DNA of 64,000 nucleotides, taken from the NCBI GenBank assembly GCA_035297365.1, contig DATGZA010000026.1, forward strand, positions 1 to 64,000, read 5' to 3'. This document shows positions 1 to 10,523 of the stretch, piece after piece. The notes below the pieces were generated by a model. The model ran no database searches. It was not told the origin of the DNA and saw only the letters and a list, made by a program, of their open reading frames with translations. The stretch is from Nitrososphaeraceae archaeon. GTDB lineage: Archaea > Thermoproteota > Nitrososphaeria > Nitrososphaerales > Nitrososphaeraceae. The translations under genes were made by a program, and so were the position numbers. The first letter of the stretch is position 1, and every line of letters starts with the position of its first letter.

Positions 1-100
1 AGATTCAAATAAAAGAGCGAAATTAATAGAAGTAATTTCCTCTGAAACACAGGAAATTAACACAAGTGCTAGGAGAAAGCAAGCTCTTAAAAATATTTGA
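1..100 (+). CDS. 3' end of an unidentified ORF entering from the left edge
   Basis: Frame 2 is open from the edge (DSNKRAKLIEVISSETQEINTSARRKQALKNI) to TGA at 98-100. Too short to assign. Confidence 0.35.
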   Translation, partial: DSNKRAKLIEVISSETQEINTSARRKQALKNI

Positions 101-259
101 TAAAGTATAACTATAATTGATAGAATAAATCATTTTTAAAAAACTAAAAATCAAATAAAATATTTAAATAATTTCTTTATCTTATATATTAACTCAAATC
201 GCATCAAAAAGAATTAAATTAACTCGTTAATATGTTAGGTTTTACATAATTATTATAAT

Positions 260-2530
260 ATGTCAAATAATAAATACATAGAATATAGTAACCTGTCGGA
301 ATCAGAAAATTATATAGATCATCCTCTAATCAAAAAAAAATCAATTGATCATCGATTGTATCAAACCAATATTGTTAATTCGTCAAGGGGAAAAAATTCA
401 ATGGTCATTCTTCCAACTTCTTTAGGAAAAACAATAATTTCAGCTCTATTATCTGCAGATGTCCTTTATAATTTTAAAACTATGAGGGTTCTAGTAATGG
501 CTCCAACGAGACCATTAGTATTGCAGCATATGTTCTCGTTTTCTTCAGTACTTAAAATATTAAACAATCAAAAAATCTTTGTTACCGGTCAAATTCCACC
601 ATCTACAAGAAAGTTGATATGGGATAATAAAAATATCAGATTGATATTTTCAACTCCTGAGATAATAAGAAATGATCTTTTTGAAAGCCGTCTATCTCTC
701 GATGATTTTGGATTGGTGGTTTTCGATGAAGCTCATAGAGCAGTGAAGGACTATGCATATACATATATTGCAAAAAAATATCTAGAACAGTCACTAAATC
801 CAGTCATTCTAGCTATGACTGCAAGTCCTGGATCAGATGGTATCAGGATCGACCAAATCTGTGAACATCTTAGTATTGAACATATCGAGTATCGAAATGA
901 AGAAGATTCTGATGTAAAACCATATGTCAATCCGATCGATCTGAGTTGGGAATTAATAGATCTATCATGCGATTATAAAAATATCGTACATCTATTTCGC
1001 GAAATATTAAAAGAAAAATTAAGATATTTGGTTTATCGTGGATTAATTCAAAAAAAAAATCTTGATTATATATTTAAAAGTGATTTATTAGAACTTGGAA
1101 AAGTTCTCCAAAGAAATCTACAATTTTCGGTAACTGAAGAAAAAGGACAGTTATACTCTGCTTTGTTAAACCAGTCATCTGCTCTTTCTTTAATGTACTG
1201 CATAGAACTAATCGAGAGTCAAGGTCCATATTCTCTTGAAAATTTTATCAAGAGAATGGAATCTAGTGAAGGAAAAGCACATTCCATACTCTTAAAAGAT
1301 CCGAGAATGGACGAAATAAAAAAGAAACTTGCAAATATTTCAGACCATCCAAAAATTAAATATATTATAGATTTAGTAGATCAAAATAAATTCGTTTCCA
1401 ATATACGGGATCCAAATAATACAAAAATTTCATTAGATTCTAATTCTAAAATTTTAATTTTTACTCACTATAGAGATACAGCTACACATATTGTTGATGT
1501 ATTAAAACAAAGACAAATAAGATCCTGCAGATTTGTTGGACAATCGAGCAAAAATAATGATCTAGGCATGAAACAGGATGAGCAATCCAATGTATTAGAT
1601 TCATTTAGAAGAGGAGAATTTAATATATTGATAGCTACATCAATTGCAGAAGAGGGACTAGATATCCCTGAAGTAGATTTAGTTATTTTTTATGAACCTG
1701 TTGCAAGTGAAATAAGACATATACAAAGAAAAGGAAGAACTGGCCGTAGGTCAAAAGGTAAAGTTATAATCCTTGCTTCAAAAGATACTGTCGATATGCG
1801 TTTGCTATATGCGAGTAAAAGACGCATGGAGAAGATGAGAAATATATTCAATACAAAAAAAACCTCACTAAAACCAATGAAACGATGTCAAATATCCTTA
1901 AATCCATTAACTGAAAAAGAATTAGAATCACTTGAAGAATTACTTGAAAAAGAAAAAACCAATCTAGGTACGGAAGACTATGATTTCAAATTGCAAAATT
2001 ACAAGTTATTAGCAAAAATGAAAGATAATAAATTTGATGACAAATATTTAAGCAATAAACAATCAAGATTTGATGGAATTATTAATTCAAAAAATATATC
2101 TAAAAATAATAATAAACTGATAGATAAAACAATTAGAAATATTTATGAATTGTTGGTAAGAGAGAAAATAAATAAAAAGACCCAATTTGATCTAAGATAT
2201 TTGTCAGATCATTTTTCTATAGACTATAACATAATGTTAGATGCAATTGATCAACTCCAGAAAGAACAAATAATAACAGTAAAAAATAATTCTATTATTT
2301 TTAATAAAATACCAAATTCTAAAGGACAAAAATATATGATCTATGTTGAAAAAATATTGCCAGGAAAAGCATATGTCCTAGTAAACGGAAGATGGCATGC
2401 TGAATTAAATTATTATGATTATGATGGGCCACGTAATATTTTGAAAAAAGGATCCGAATTTATGGCAAGAGCAGATCTTTATAATAATGAAGGATCATTT
2501 TGTATTAGAATAAAAGAAGTAATTCTGTAG
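260..2530 (+). CDS. Hef/FANCM/Mph1-like SF2 DEAH helicase, without a recognisable ERCC4 nuclease domain
   Basis: Q-motif RLYQ, Walker A LPTSLGKT, APTRPLVLQH, DEAH, MTASPG, ATSIAEEGLDIPEVD, QRKGRTGR. The C-terminus looks like a winged helix plus a small beta domain. Confidence 0.9.
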   Translation: MSNNKYIEYSNLSESENYIDHPLIKKKSIDHRLYQTNIVNSSRGKNSMVILPTSLGKTIISALLSADVLYNFKTMRVLVMAPTRPLVLQHMFSFSSVLKILNNQKIFVTGQIPPSTRKLIWDNKNIRLIFSTPEIIRNDLFESRLSLDDFGLVVFDEAHRAVKDYAYTYIAKKYLEQSLNPVILAMTASPGSDGIRIDQICEHLSIEHIEYRNEEDSDVKPYVNPIDLSWELIDLSCDYKNIVHLFREILKEKLRYLVYRGLIQKKNLDYIFKSDLLELGKVLQRNLQFSVTEEKGQLYSALLNQSSALSLMYCIELIESQGPYSLENFIKRMESSEGKAHSILLKDPRMDEIKKKLANISDHPKIKYIIDLVDQNKFVSNIRDPNNTKISLDSNSKILIFTHYRDTATHIVDVLKQRQIRSCRFVGQSSKNNDLGMKQDEQSNVLDSFRRGEFNILIATSIAEEGLDIPEVDLVIFYEPVASEIRHIQRKGRTGRRSKGKVIILASKDTVDMRLLYASKRRMEKMRNIFNTKKTSLKPMKRCQISLNPLTEKELESLEELLEKEKTNLGTEDYDFKLQNYKLLAKMKDNKFDDKYLSNKQSRFDGIINSKNISKNNNKLIDKTIRNIYELLVREKINKKTQFDLRYLSDHFSIDYNIMLDAIDQLQKEQIITVKNNSIIFNKIPNSKGQKYMIYVEKILPGKAYVLVNGRWHAELNYYDYDGPRNILKKGSEFMARADLYNNEGSFCIRIKEVIL

Positions 2531-2678
2531 ATCTTAGTATATTATAATGTTAGCAAATATTATAAAATGATTTTTATATCATTTGTTGAAGATTTCATTA
2601 TCGATAAACGATATGTAGATCTTATATGTATCATAAAAATTTTGAATTTTAATGCTTCTATTAGTAAAAAATATCTTT

Positions 2679-3530
2679 CTAGGAAATAACAATGCCTTTA
2701 AATTTATCAGATATTTCACTTTGTGTCAAGTTAGAACCAATTGCCGTGATTTTAGCATTTAAAGAATATTCTCCATCTGGATTATTACTTCTAATATGAT
2801 ATGCTCCTATAATAGAATCGCTAAAATCTGGACCATATACCAAGATATCGTCAAGATCACTTGAAATAAGTTCGATCTGAAGGTCGTTTCCTAGAGCAAC
2901 AAAGGTCTTTGAAAAAACTGTCTTTAAGTTCTTGTCATCATGCAAGGTAATAGTGTAAGTTAATGGTACACTTTTTTCAAAGTTAACGGAAGTTGGTTGA
3001 AAATCTAGTAAAATTCTATCATTTTTGGTAGTATTAAAAACCCAATCGTATTGGGAATTATCCATTAAACCCATGTCAGATCCAGAATTCAATTTTATGT
3101 TATTACCTTGCTTAAAAGAATCACTTACATAAACAGAACCTATCATCCAAGGATGAATCTCACAATGATATGCAACTCTTCCAGGAGTATCAAAAGTATA
3201 CTGCAATGAACCAGAATAAGGTATAATACCTGAATTGAACATTTTTCCTGAATTCGGTGATCCTGGCGGCCCGCTAGTTACAGTATGTATTGCTTCTGGA
3301 TCAAAATTAAACCATGCTACAGTAGTGCCCGTTGGTATGGCAATATTTAGGGGATAAAAATGTTGAAATTTGTAACTAATACCCGAACCCGTGGTTATAT
3401 CGACAACATAAGTAGGCAGTACCTTGTGGGAGGTTGGAGGTGGAACCATTCCATTTTCTCCGAATATCTCTTCATTTGATAAGAATAAGGTAAAGATGAT
3501 TGCTAAAAGTAGAAATAAAAATATTTTCAA
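2679..3530 (-). CDS. Secreted blue (type 1) copper / plastocyanin-like protein with a C-terminal extension
   Basis: Signal peptide; HTVTSG...FNSG...YHCEIHPWMIG gives the His/Cys/His/Met type-1 Cu ligands. Confidence 0.85.
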   Translation of the reverse strand: MKIFLFLLLAIIFTLFLSNEEIFGENGMVPPPTSHKVLPTYVVDITTGSGISYKFQHFYPLNIAIPTGTTVAWFNFDPEAIHTVTSGPPGSPNSGKMFNSGIIPYSGSLQYTFDTPGRVAYHCEIHPWMIGSVYVSDSFKQGNNIKLNSGSDMGLMDNSQYDWVFNTTKNDRILLDFQPTSVNFEKSVPLTYTITLHDDKNLKTVFSKTFVALGNDLQIELISSDLDDILVYGPDFSDSIIGAYHIRSNNPDGEYSLNAKITAIGSNLTQSEISDKFKGIVIS

Positions 3531-3984
3531 TAAATAAACTTGTATCTAGGTCTTAATATCAGTTATGTTTGCACTAGATTCCTATGCAATCATTTGTAAT
3601 ATCTTTAATACTGATTTCTAGTAAAACAATATTATTTAAAATATAAATGACATTAGATTTCTATCAATCTTGAACTTCTAGAAGAATAAATAACTTCATT
3701 ATTCCATAAATTATATTTGATTAAAATCAATTCAAAAAATTCAAAAATATAATACAAATGTCTTGAAATGATAAGTGTTTTACGACTTTGGTCACCTGAA
3801 TAAATTTTAAATGAGAAATTGCTATTACCAACATATATTGATTAATTTTAACGAAAAAAGGATTATTGTTGTTTTTAACAAATGGGATTTGATCTGTCAG
3901 TTAATGGAAACAAGGTTCTAGAACAGGGGAACGTTACATTAAAGCCGACTTGATGGAAGAGATGTTAAAGGTGACTAAAGCAAT

Positions 3985-5928
3985 ATGACTGCAGCACCAG
4001 AAGAAACTAATGAGAATCCAAACATTAGAGAGTTAAAGCAAAGTGACGACGTGGTTAAGAGTGGCCTCATTAAGTCTGGAGTCTATTATACAAATAATCA
4101 CCATGTAAAAATAACATTAAATCATGATGCAATTGCAGATATTGTATTTACTGCAGATGAGAATAATAAATGGCAAAATAACATTAAAATGCTTTGGGAA
4201 CAGGCAGAAGTATATAGTATAGGGAAGGAACATAAATCCATATTCTACAGATTTCTGAATGATAACCAGGACATTATAACACCCGATAAAAATAGTTATG
4301 ACAATAACAATGGTGGAGAGAATGTTAAAAGTTCACAGGCAGACAGGCAGACGTACTAATAGAACTATTTAATAAATCGTCCCCGATACTTTTCAAAGAT
4401 GAGTTTAACGTTCCTCATGCACTGGTAAATATAGACGCACATTATGAGGTGTTACCTGTAGAAGGTACAAAATTTAGAAGATATATTGCAAAACTATATT
4501 ATGACAGTTTTGAGAATAAAATTCCTAACGCTGAAGCAGTTAGAAACGCAGTCGAATTCCTTGAAGGCAAGGCATTTTATGAAGGTGATAACATTACCAT
4601 GCATTTATGAACTGCGTGGTGTGACGATGAAACTAAAGACGCAATTTATTACGACATGACAGACTCTAAAAATAGATGTGTGAAAATATATACAGATGGC
4701 TGGCAGATAGTAGAAAATCAGATAAAAGTGCTGTTTAGAAGATACAATAACGCAAAATCCCAGGTTGAACCTATCCCTGCGGGTAATAACGCAGTTGGCA
4801 GTATTAGCAGTATTGACAATAAAATATGGGATGATTTCATGGCACTTCTAAATATAAAAGGTTAAGACAATAAACTACTGCTAATATGTTGTATCATATC
4901 TCTGTTTATTCCGGATATTCCTAAACCCATTTTATTACTGCAGAGAACAGGGAGGTGCAAAATCTACACAAGAGGAAATGATTAGAATGCTGGTTGACCC
5001 AAGCAGTACAAAGACGCTAACCTTCCCAAGAGATTCGATTCAAACGAGTTCATTCAACAACTGTCACACAATTATGTAGTTTACTACGATAATGTATCTG
5101 TAATCCAGGATTGGATAAGTGATTTACTCTGTAGGGCAGTCACTGGAAGCAGTTTCTCAAAACGTGCATTATGGACAAATAATGACGACTTACTACAACT
5201 TTATGAGAAACACCGGCATTAACGGGATTGACTTGGCAGCAACAAAAGCCAACTTGTTGGATAGAAGCATAATCATGCAGATAGATAGAATCGAAAAGAA
5301 AGACATGAAAAGAATAGTCAAGATATGGCAGAAGTTTGACGAATTAAAACCCGAGATGATTGCATACATCTTCGATATCTTGGCAAAAGTATTACGATAC
5401 ATGGAGAGATTGAATTCCCTAATGGTTTGAATAGGATGGCAGATTGGGAGGAGTATGCCGAAATAATTTCTAGGTGTATGCGTAACGAAGACGGCCAATT
5501 ACAAAGAGTTTATGAATCAAACATAGGAGTCCAGATGGATGAGGCTATTGCTTCCAGTGCATTATAAATGGCAGTAATCGAATTAATGAAATTCTACGAG
5601 GACAAGCAGAAACAGGCAATTAAAGCAAACACTAGTATTAATCTGCCTTATGTTGACGATAAAACAGTTAGGATAACAGGTTCAGTCCACACAACTATAT
5701 TCTGAACTCAATGATATCGCAGAATTCAACCTAAAGATGAACACATCAAAGATAAAGGAATGGCCTAAGGCTGTAAATGTCCTCACACGCAGGATAAACG
5801 GCATAAAGACGAACCTAAGACAGAAAGGCATAGAGATTACAATAGGCAGAGACGAAAAAGGTGATAGGATTATAACGATACAAAAAACGATGAATAAAGA
5901 AGTAGCAGAAGAAGGGAAACCTCAATGA
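3985..5928 (+). pseudogene. Frameshifted P-loop ATPase / replicative helicase-like gene of the element
   Basis: ORFs 3985, 4656, 5119 and 5737 join across frameshifts and stops. Walker-A-like EQGGAKST (~4945-4968), then YYDNVS..WISDLLCRAVTGSSFSKRAL and LLDRSI. An 8-bp duplication AGGCAGAC (4337-4352) and a 5-bp duplication GATTC (5032-5041) break the frame. Confidence 0.75.
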
Positions 5929-5960
5929 TGACAATTGAATGTTACTTCCAAACTGTTACC

Positions 5961-6056
5961 AAAATACTGTCAATACTGTCAAACCCTCAAAAAGTGGGAA
6001 ATCAAGCACAAAACAGTAGCAGAAATTGACAGTATGTACGGTATCGATAGTATTTT
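5961..6056. repeat. Inverted arrays of 9-bp repeats (candidate replication origin)
   Basis: AAAATACTGTCAATACTGTCAA (5961-5982) faces TTGACAGTAT-GTACGGTAT-CGATAGTAT-TTT (6026-6056), between the helicase relic and the primase gene. Confidence 0.55.
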
Positions 6057-6089
6057 ACAAAGAGGTTAAGAGGAGGATAAAAAATAATT

Positions 6090-7214
6090 ATGATGTTGTC
6101 GTCTAGTCAGCAGGAACGGCAGAAACAACAAGAAGAAGAGATACAAGCAGGCCTAGACTTCTTACTTTCCCATTTTTCCAGTCCACTTTTCCCCAGAACA
6201 ATATCAACACAGAAAACCGTGGATAGCCAGATACCCGTAAGCAGTAGGGAAGAGGCATTAAGTTATTACAGAAAATCAGAATTCAAAGATTGCAAGATTA
6301 ATGCCTTTTACTATTCGAAGTTGGAAGACACAACAATAGGGGGTTTATTCTGGCATCCAGATTTAATATTCATTGATTTAGATTTACAGGATTTTAAGAG
6401 TGAAAAGGCTTTACAGTTTGCACTTAGCAAGACTTTGAAGAATATTGCCGATAAATTGGGTAGTAACTCTGCAGTTCCTACTGTACTTCACAGCGGTGGA
6501 GGTTACCACGTCATAGAACCGGTAGACTGTCCGATACCGTTAGAGAGTATCCAAGATGTAAAAGAGTTCCGGGAGATACAGAATCCTTCAGAAATATTTT
6601 TGAGGTTTGCCAAAGACTTTCTATCGAATGGAAAGGCAGACAAGAAGAATAATCCTTCCTTCAAATCCTGCATGTTAAGGATTCCAGGTTCCATTAATTC
6701 CAGACGTAAAGGCAAGAAGGTTATGATTATTCAACGTTGGAACGAATACAGGCCACGAATAACGAAAGAGTTGATAATAGAGTTCCAAGGCTGGTTGATA
6801 CAGAAGAATATAGGCAAAAGGATAGAACAGGAAAAAATAGACAGGGAGAGACAAGCAAGAAGGAAGGAATTACCTGCAGGTTACAATATCAATTATTATT
6901 ACGAATGGATTGATAAATTATTAGATACAGGAATAGAAGACTGCAGGAAAACATGTGTAGGTTTGATTCTAGCACCCTATCTTATTCATGTGAAGGGATT
7001 ATCGTTTGAGACTTCTAGACAAATAATCAAAAACTGGTTACAGAAATGTGACTCCCTTAGGAAGTTAGATAGAGGTTTTGATTCCAGAATAAGAGACGCA
7101 TTGAGAAGTTCACAAAGGAACCAGATAGGACCAATGAGTAGGGAGAAGATAAAAGTCGATTCCACGTATAATACATTATTAAATTTGCTGGTTAGCAAGG
7201 GGGTTTTGGATTAA
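6090..7214 (+). CDS. AEP primase-polymerase (PriS-like) fused to a C-terminal PriX/PriL-like domain
   Basis: FIDLD (DxD), HSGGGYH, LRIPGSINS. C-terminal WIDKLLDTGIEDCRK..LILAPYLIHVKGLS..IIKNWLQKC resembles PriX. Confidence 0.8.
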   Translation: MMLSSSQQERQKQQEEEIQAGLDFLLSHFSSPLFPRTISTQKTVDSQIPVSSREEALSYYRKSEFKDCKINAFYYSKLEDTTIGGLFWHPDLIFIDLDLQDFKSEKALQFALSKTLKNIADKLGSNSAVPTVLHSGGGYHVIEPVDCPIPLESIQDVKEFREIQNPSEIFLRFAKDFLSNGKADKKNNPSFKSCMLRIPGSINSRRKGKKVMIIQRWNEYRPRITKELIIEFQGWLIQKNIGKRIEQEKIDRERQARRKELPAGYNINYYYEWIDKLLDTGIEDCRKTCVGLILAPYLIHVKGLSFETSRQIIKNWLQKCDSLRKLDRGFDSRIRDALRSSQRNQIGPMSREKIKVDSTYNTLLNLLVSKGVLD

Positions 7215-7219
7215 GAAGA

Positions 7220-7384
7220 TTGACGACAATTACAATGGATACCGCATTAATGGGTTTGGTAATCGGAGGGGAAGTCTGTATACTTATAGCAGTTACCCGA
7301 ATATGGAAATCATTGAAGGAACGTAAGAAAATGAAGAAGAATGATAATAATAAGAACCATTATGATAAAAATGATACTCGTTAA
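7220..7384 (+). CDS. Small single-pass membrane protein (not in ORF track)
   Basis: (TTG)TTITMDTALMGLVIGGEVCILIAVTRIWKSLKERKK...; starts 5 nt after the primase stop, TAA at 7382-7384. Confidence 0.45.
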   Translation: MTTITMDTALMGLVIGGEVCILIAVTRIWKSLKERKKMKKNDNNKNHYDKNDTR

Positions 7385-7405
7385 AAATTGAGATTATAAA
7401 AATGG

Positions 7406-7553
7406 GAAAATCAACCAGTATTGGATTCAATGATGGAATCGGGTACTAAGGTAGGTAAATGCATTGAATCTGAATAGAAAGTTTATCGGATTTGAAAAGG
7501 ATTTAAAGATTTTTAATATTGTTAAGATAAAGATCAATGCAAGATCAAAATAA
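7406..7553 (+). pseudogene. C-terminal scar of an N4/N6 DNA methyltransferase
   Basis: ENQPVLDSMMESGT, then after a frameshift ALNLNRKFIGFEKDLKIFNIVK. Matches the VLDPFxGSGT..A...R.FIG.E motif I region. Confidence 0.65.
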
Positions 7554-7794
7554 ATCAGTAAATAATAATAATAACCATATCATAGGAATTTTGATGGAAG
7601 ATAAAGTCATTTGTCCAACATGTAAACAATTTAACTTAAGAAGTAAAGTATTTGTAGTTGATATGAAGCCATTCTTTCAAACTTCTGGTGGATACTATAA
7701 TGAAGACGGTCATTGGGTAGAATGGGATTCCTCATTACGAATGATGAGATCGTTTAATTGTAGTTTTGGTCATTATTGGATAAGGTATATTTAA
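7537..7794 (+). CDS. Small putative zinc-binding protein
   Basis: CPTC...CSFGH motif. Confidence 0.55.
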   Translation: MQDQNKSVNNNNNHIIGILMEDKVICPTCKQFNLRSKVFVVDMKPFFQTSGGYYNEDGHWVEWDSSLRMMRSFNCSFGHYWIRYI

Positions 7795-8203
7795 TTTAAT
7801 ACCCCGTAATTTTTTGGCATAAAGGAATACTTTTGTCATCTATAAAATACTAACAAGGTAGTCTTGTGTAAAGACTTACTCAAAATGTCTAATCATTACT
7901 CTTGTTTTTACACTATTAATAGACTATATTGAATTCTCTTATGTAAAAATATGAGCAAAATGTTACCTTTTATGAAGTAAAATCAAATAAAAAAGCTCAC
8001 AAAACAGAATAAAATTAGGTAATAAAATTAAAAACCCATTTCTATGGCGCATGTATTAATGCTGCAGTACTAGGATTTCACTTTCTACCTAAAAATCATT
8101 TTCTATTGTTCTTATTGTCAATAATTCAGAATGATAACATATTACAAGATTAGATAATGTGCCTTCTAACCATAGATATAATAAATTAGTATTAAAGAAT
8201 GTA

Positions 8204-8659
8204 ATGAGCAATAACAACAAAAAGATAGTGTTTGCTTCTATACTGGGAGCAATACTAGCAACAGGCTTACTGTCTCTGAACCCATCAACAATTACAAATG
8301 CAGGTGCACAAATGTAAGCCAATGATTACGTATACGATAATAACTATTACCAAGACGACAATAGATAAAGTTATGATAAAAAGGAACCAAAGAGTTATAC
8401 AGATATCCAGAAAATAAAGTGTGTAAACAGTAACATCAATGTCAATGGTATAGATATTACCCAAATACGCACATCCCCACCTATCTGGGATGAAGCAGCA
8501 GAATGAACAACAGAAGAAACAAATACACAAAATGGTAACGGACTCGATAGAATAAACTTCGATAAAAACCTTGTAAATATATGTGTAAATGTCAATGACA
8601 ACGAACAGATAAAAGTTAGTGCTCCAGAAGAAGAACCCAGTGGTACAAAATTAGAATAA
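8204..8659 (+). pseudogene. Decayed secreted-protein gene
   Basis: Signal peptide MSNNNKKIVFASILGAILATGLLSL, in-frame stops, then KIKCVNSNINVNGIDITQI...NLVNICVNVNDNEQ. The minus-strand ORFs here are shadows. Confidence 0.65.
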
Positions 8660-8744
8660 ATATTTTTAGTTACTTAGTTGATTATAATAATATTTTTTAT
8701 GATTACAATATTTTTTCTAACTAACTAGTCTAAATATAATATTA

Positions 8745-9179
8745 TTAAGCTGTGATAGGTTTGTTTTTAATAAATTCAAACCTTCTCTTAACGTCTCCCA
8801 TTTTACCTTCAGAAACCTCATAATAAACCAACAAGTCAATTAATCCGGTTCTTGTATCCCAATCCCTTTTAGAACCATGTAACTTATCATTAAGTTCTAT
8901 GATAATATCTCATAATCGTTCATACTGTTTCTGTACTTCTTTTATTGAACCCTGCAGTAACTCAAAGAAATTAGACATTTTTGTTTTTGGACTTCAGAGT
9001 TTTTTTACTATAATATGTTGAAGTTGTACTAGTTGGTTTCTTCGTAGTACCAGGCCTGTTAGTACAGATATGTTTTTTCTTGTTAAAACTTCAAAATATG
9101 TATTTTCTGCAGTATTCCAATAGATTCTTGTATTACAACCATAAGTACAGGCTTTAGGATAAATGTTATTTTGACTCAA
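8745..9179 (-). pseudogene. Disrupted paralog of the 44410-44871 CxxxC/HxC protein
   Basis: CTYGCNTRIYWN..., then after frameshifting KMSNFFELLQGSIKEVQKQYERL*DII...LLVYYEVSEG...VKRRFEF. Internal TGA at 8910-8912. Confidence 0.85.
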
Positions 9180-9189
9180 TTTATTTAAT

Positions 9190-9510
9190 TTAAATTAATT
9201 TCTCTCGTAGTCTTTTTCGAAATTGCTGGTACTCTTCTTTAGTAACAATCCTGTTCTGGACACGATATTGTGTTTCTTCTTCATTATCTCTTTTTATATC
9301 TGCAATAAGTTTCAAGATATCTTTCCTTTGTGAATCATCACATCTAATATATTCACCATTACCATTGAAAACATCATTCTTAGAACGAGCTATCCATATC
9401 CAACGTCCCTTTCCATCAGCGTATACTCTTTTTCTACACTCATTATCGTTATCGTCATAGATAATTATTTCAAACAAATTCTCATGATCATCATCAATAT
9501 TGTCTGTCAT
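9190..9510 (-). CDS. Hypothetical protein of the element
   Basis: Likely starts at the ATG at 9510, which overlaps the upstream stop (ATGA). Confidence 0.6.
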   Translation of the reverse strand: MTDNIDDDHENLFEIIIYDDNDNECRKRVYADGKGRWIWIARSKNDVFNGNGEYIRCDDSQRKDILKLIADIKRDNEEETQYRVQNRIVTKEEYQQFRKRLREKLI

Positions 9511-9662
9511 TTCTTCTGTTTTTCCCAATAGAAATGCACAAGCTTCCAGATAACGTCTTCATAACTCTCTCCCTTCTTACCCAAATCTTTCAATGCATTG
9601 CGTAGGTCCTCAGACACCTGAATAGTTGATCGTTTTTCCAAATCTTCATTTTCTATTAACAT
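9507..9662 (-). CDS. 51-aa ribbon-helix-helix (CopG/antitoxin-like) DNA-binding protein (not in ORF track)
   Basis: MLIENEDLEKRSTIQVSEDLRNALKDLGKKGESYEDVIWKLVHFYWEKQKK, with the TIxVS..L..L...GESY.DVI..L pattern. Confidence 0.75.
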   Translation of the reverse strand: MLIENEDLEKRSTIQVSEDLRNALKDLGKKGESYEDVIWKLVHFYWEKQKK

Positions 9663-9769
9663 TGTATCTATTATACTTATACTTAATTATAATTGTTATG
9701 TAGTCTATATAATTAGGTATAGTTATACATAATAATTATATAATCAATATAAGTATAGAACAGTACAAT

Positions 9770-10169
9770 ATGAAACAAAAAATAAAAGAAGTTTCTAAAC
9801 AAATAGCTGAATCAAAACAACAACAAGAAAAAGATAGACGAGAGGGAAAGGGGAGGGTAATCTCCCTTTCCCGTAGAATCTACCACCTCCAGAATAAGAA
9901 AGCATATTATGTAGAATCTGAAAGCAGTAACTCCCGTTATTACTTCAAGATTTGAATCTTCCTCGTTTGAATGGTGTTCGTGTATGGATTACGGGTCCCA
10001 TAGAGCGGATAGGTGTAAACATATCTATGCGGTTGAATATGCAATAAGATTCAATACACTAAAAGAAGTTGAACATTTGCCGGAAGAGGTACATGGTAAG
10101 AGACAACCTACAGAGGAAAAACCTACTATAGAATCCAAATCCTGGGAAGAAAACGAATATTCTTTTTAA
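9770..10169 (+). pseudogene. Frameshifted SWIM zinc-finger gene
   Basis: YYVESESSNSRYYF, frameshift at ~9950, then FEWCSCMDYGSHRADRCKHIYAV (CxC-n-CxH). Confidence 0.8.
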
Positions 10170-10191
10170 CTGGAGGAGAGAATAAAAATGA

Positions 10192-10485
10192 GTGATAGAA
10201 GTCGGGCAGTGTATGAATTGTGGACATGAGTTCCTGCAGCATCCAGGCGGGCAATGTTACCTTTGCGATTGCGTAAAATGGGAATTGAAGCAGCAGCAGC
10301 AGTATAAGCAGGAAATAAAAGACATTCAGAAAATATACGAATCCCTAAATTTCTATTTTATGAAACTTGTATCAAAACAATCAGAAGATTCAAAATATCA
10401 AATGATACTCAAAGATTTAGGAGACGTGAAAGACAGACTCTATGCAGCGAGACTGCAGATAGAGGATTATTTCCAGAACCAATAA
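10192..10485 (+). CDS. Small Cys/His zinc-finger plus coiled-coil protein
   Basis: CMNCGH...H...CYLCDC followed by a helical tail. Confidence 0.55.
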   Translation: MIEVGQCMNCGHEFLQHPGGQCYLCDCVKWELKQQQQYKQEIKDIQKIYESLNFYFMKLVSKQSEDSKYQMILKDLGDVKDRLYAARLQIEDYFQNQ

Positions 10486-10523
10486 AGAAATTAATAATTC
10501 TTCATTTTCTTATTTCTTATTTC

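Noticed and set aside
9672-9757. 10-bp inverted repeat TATACTTATA/TATAAGTATA as an operator
   Set aside because: Adequately explained as the two divergent TATA-like boxes.
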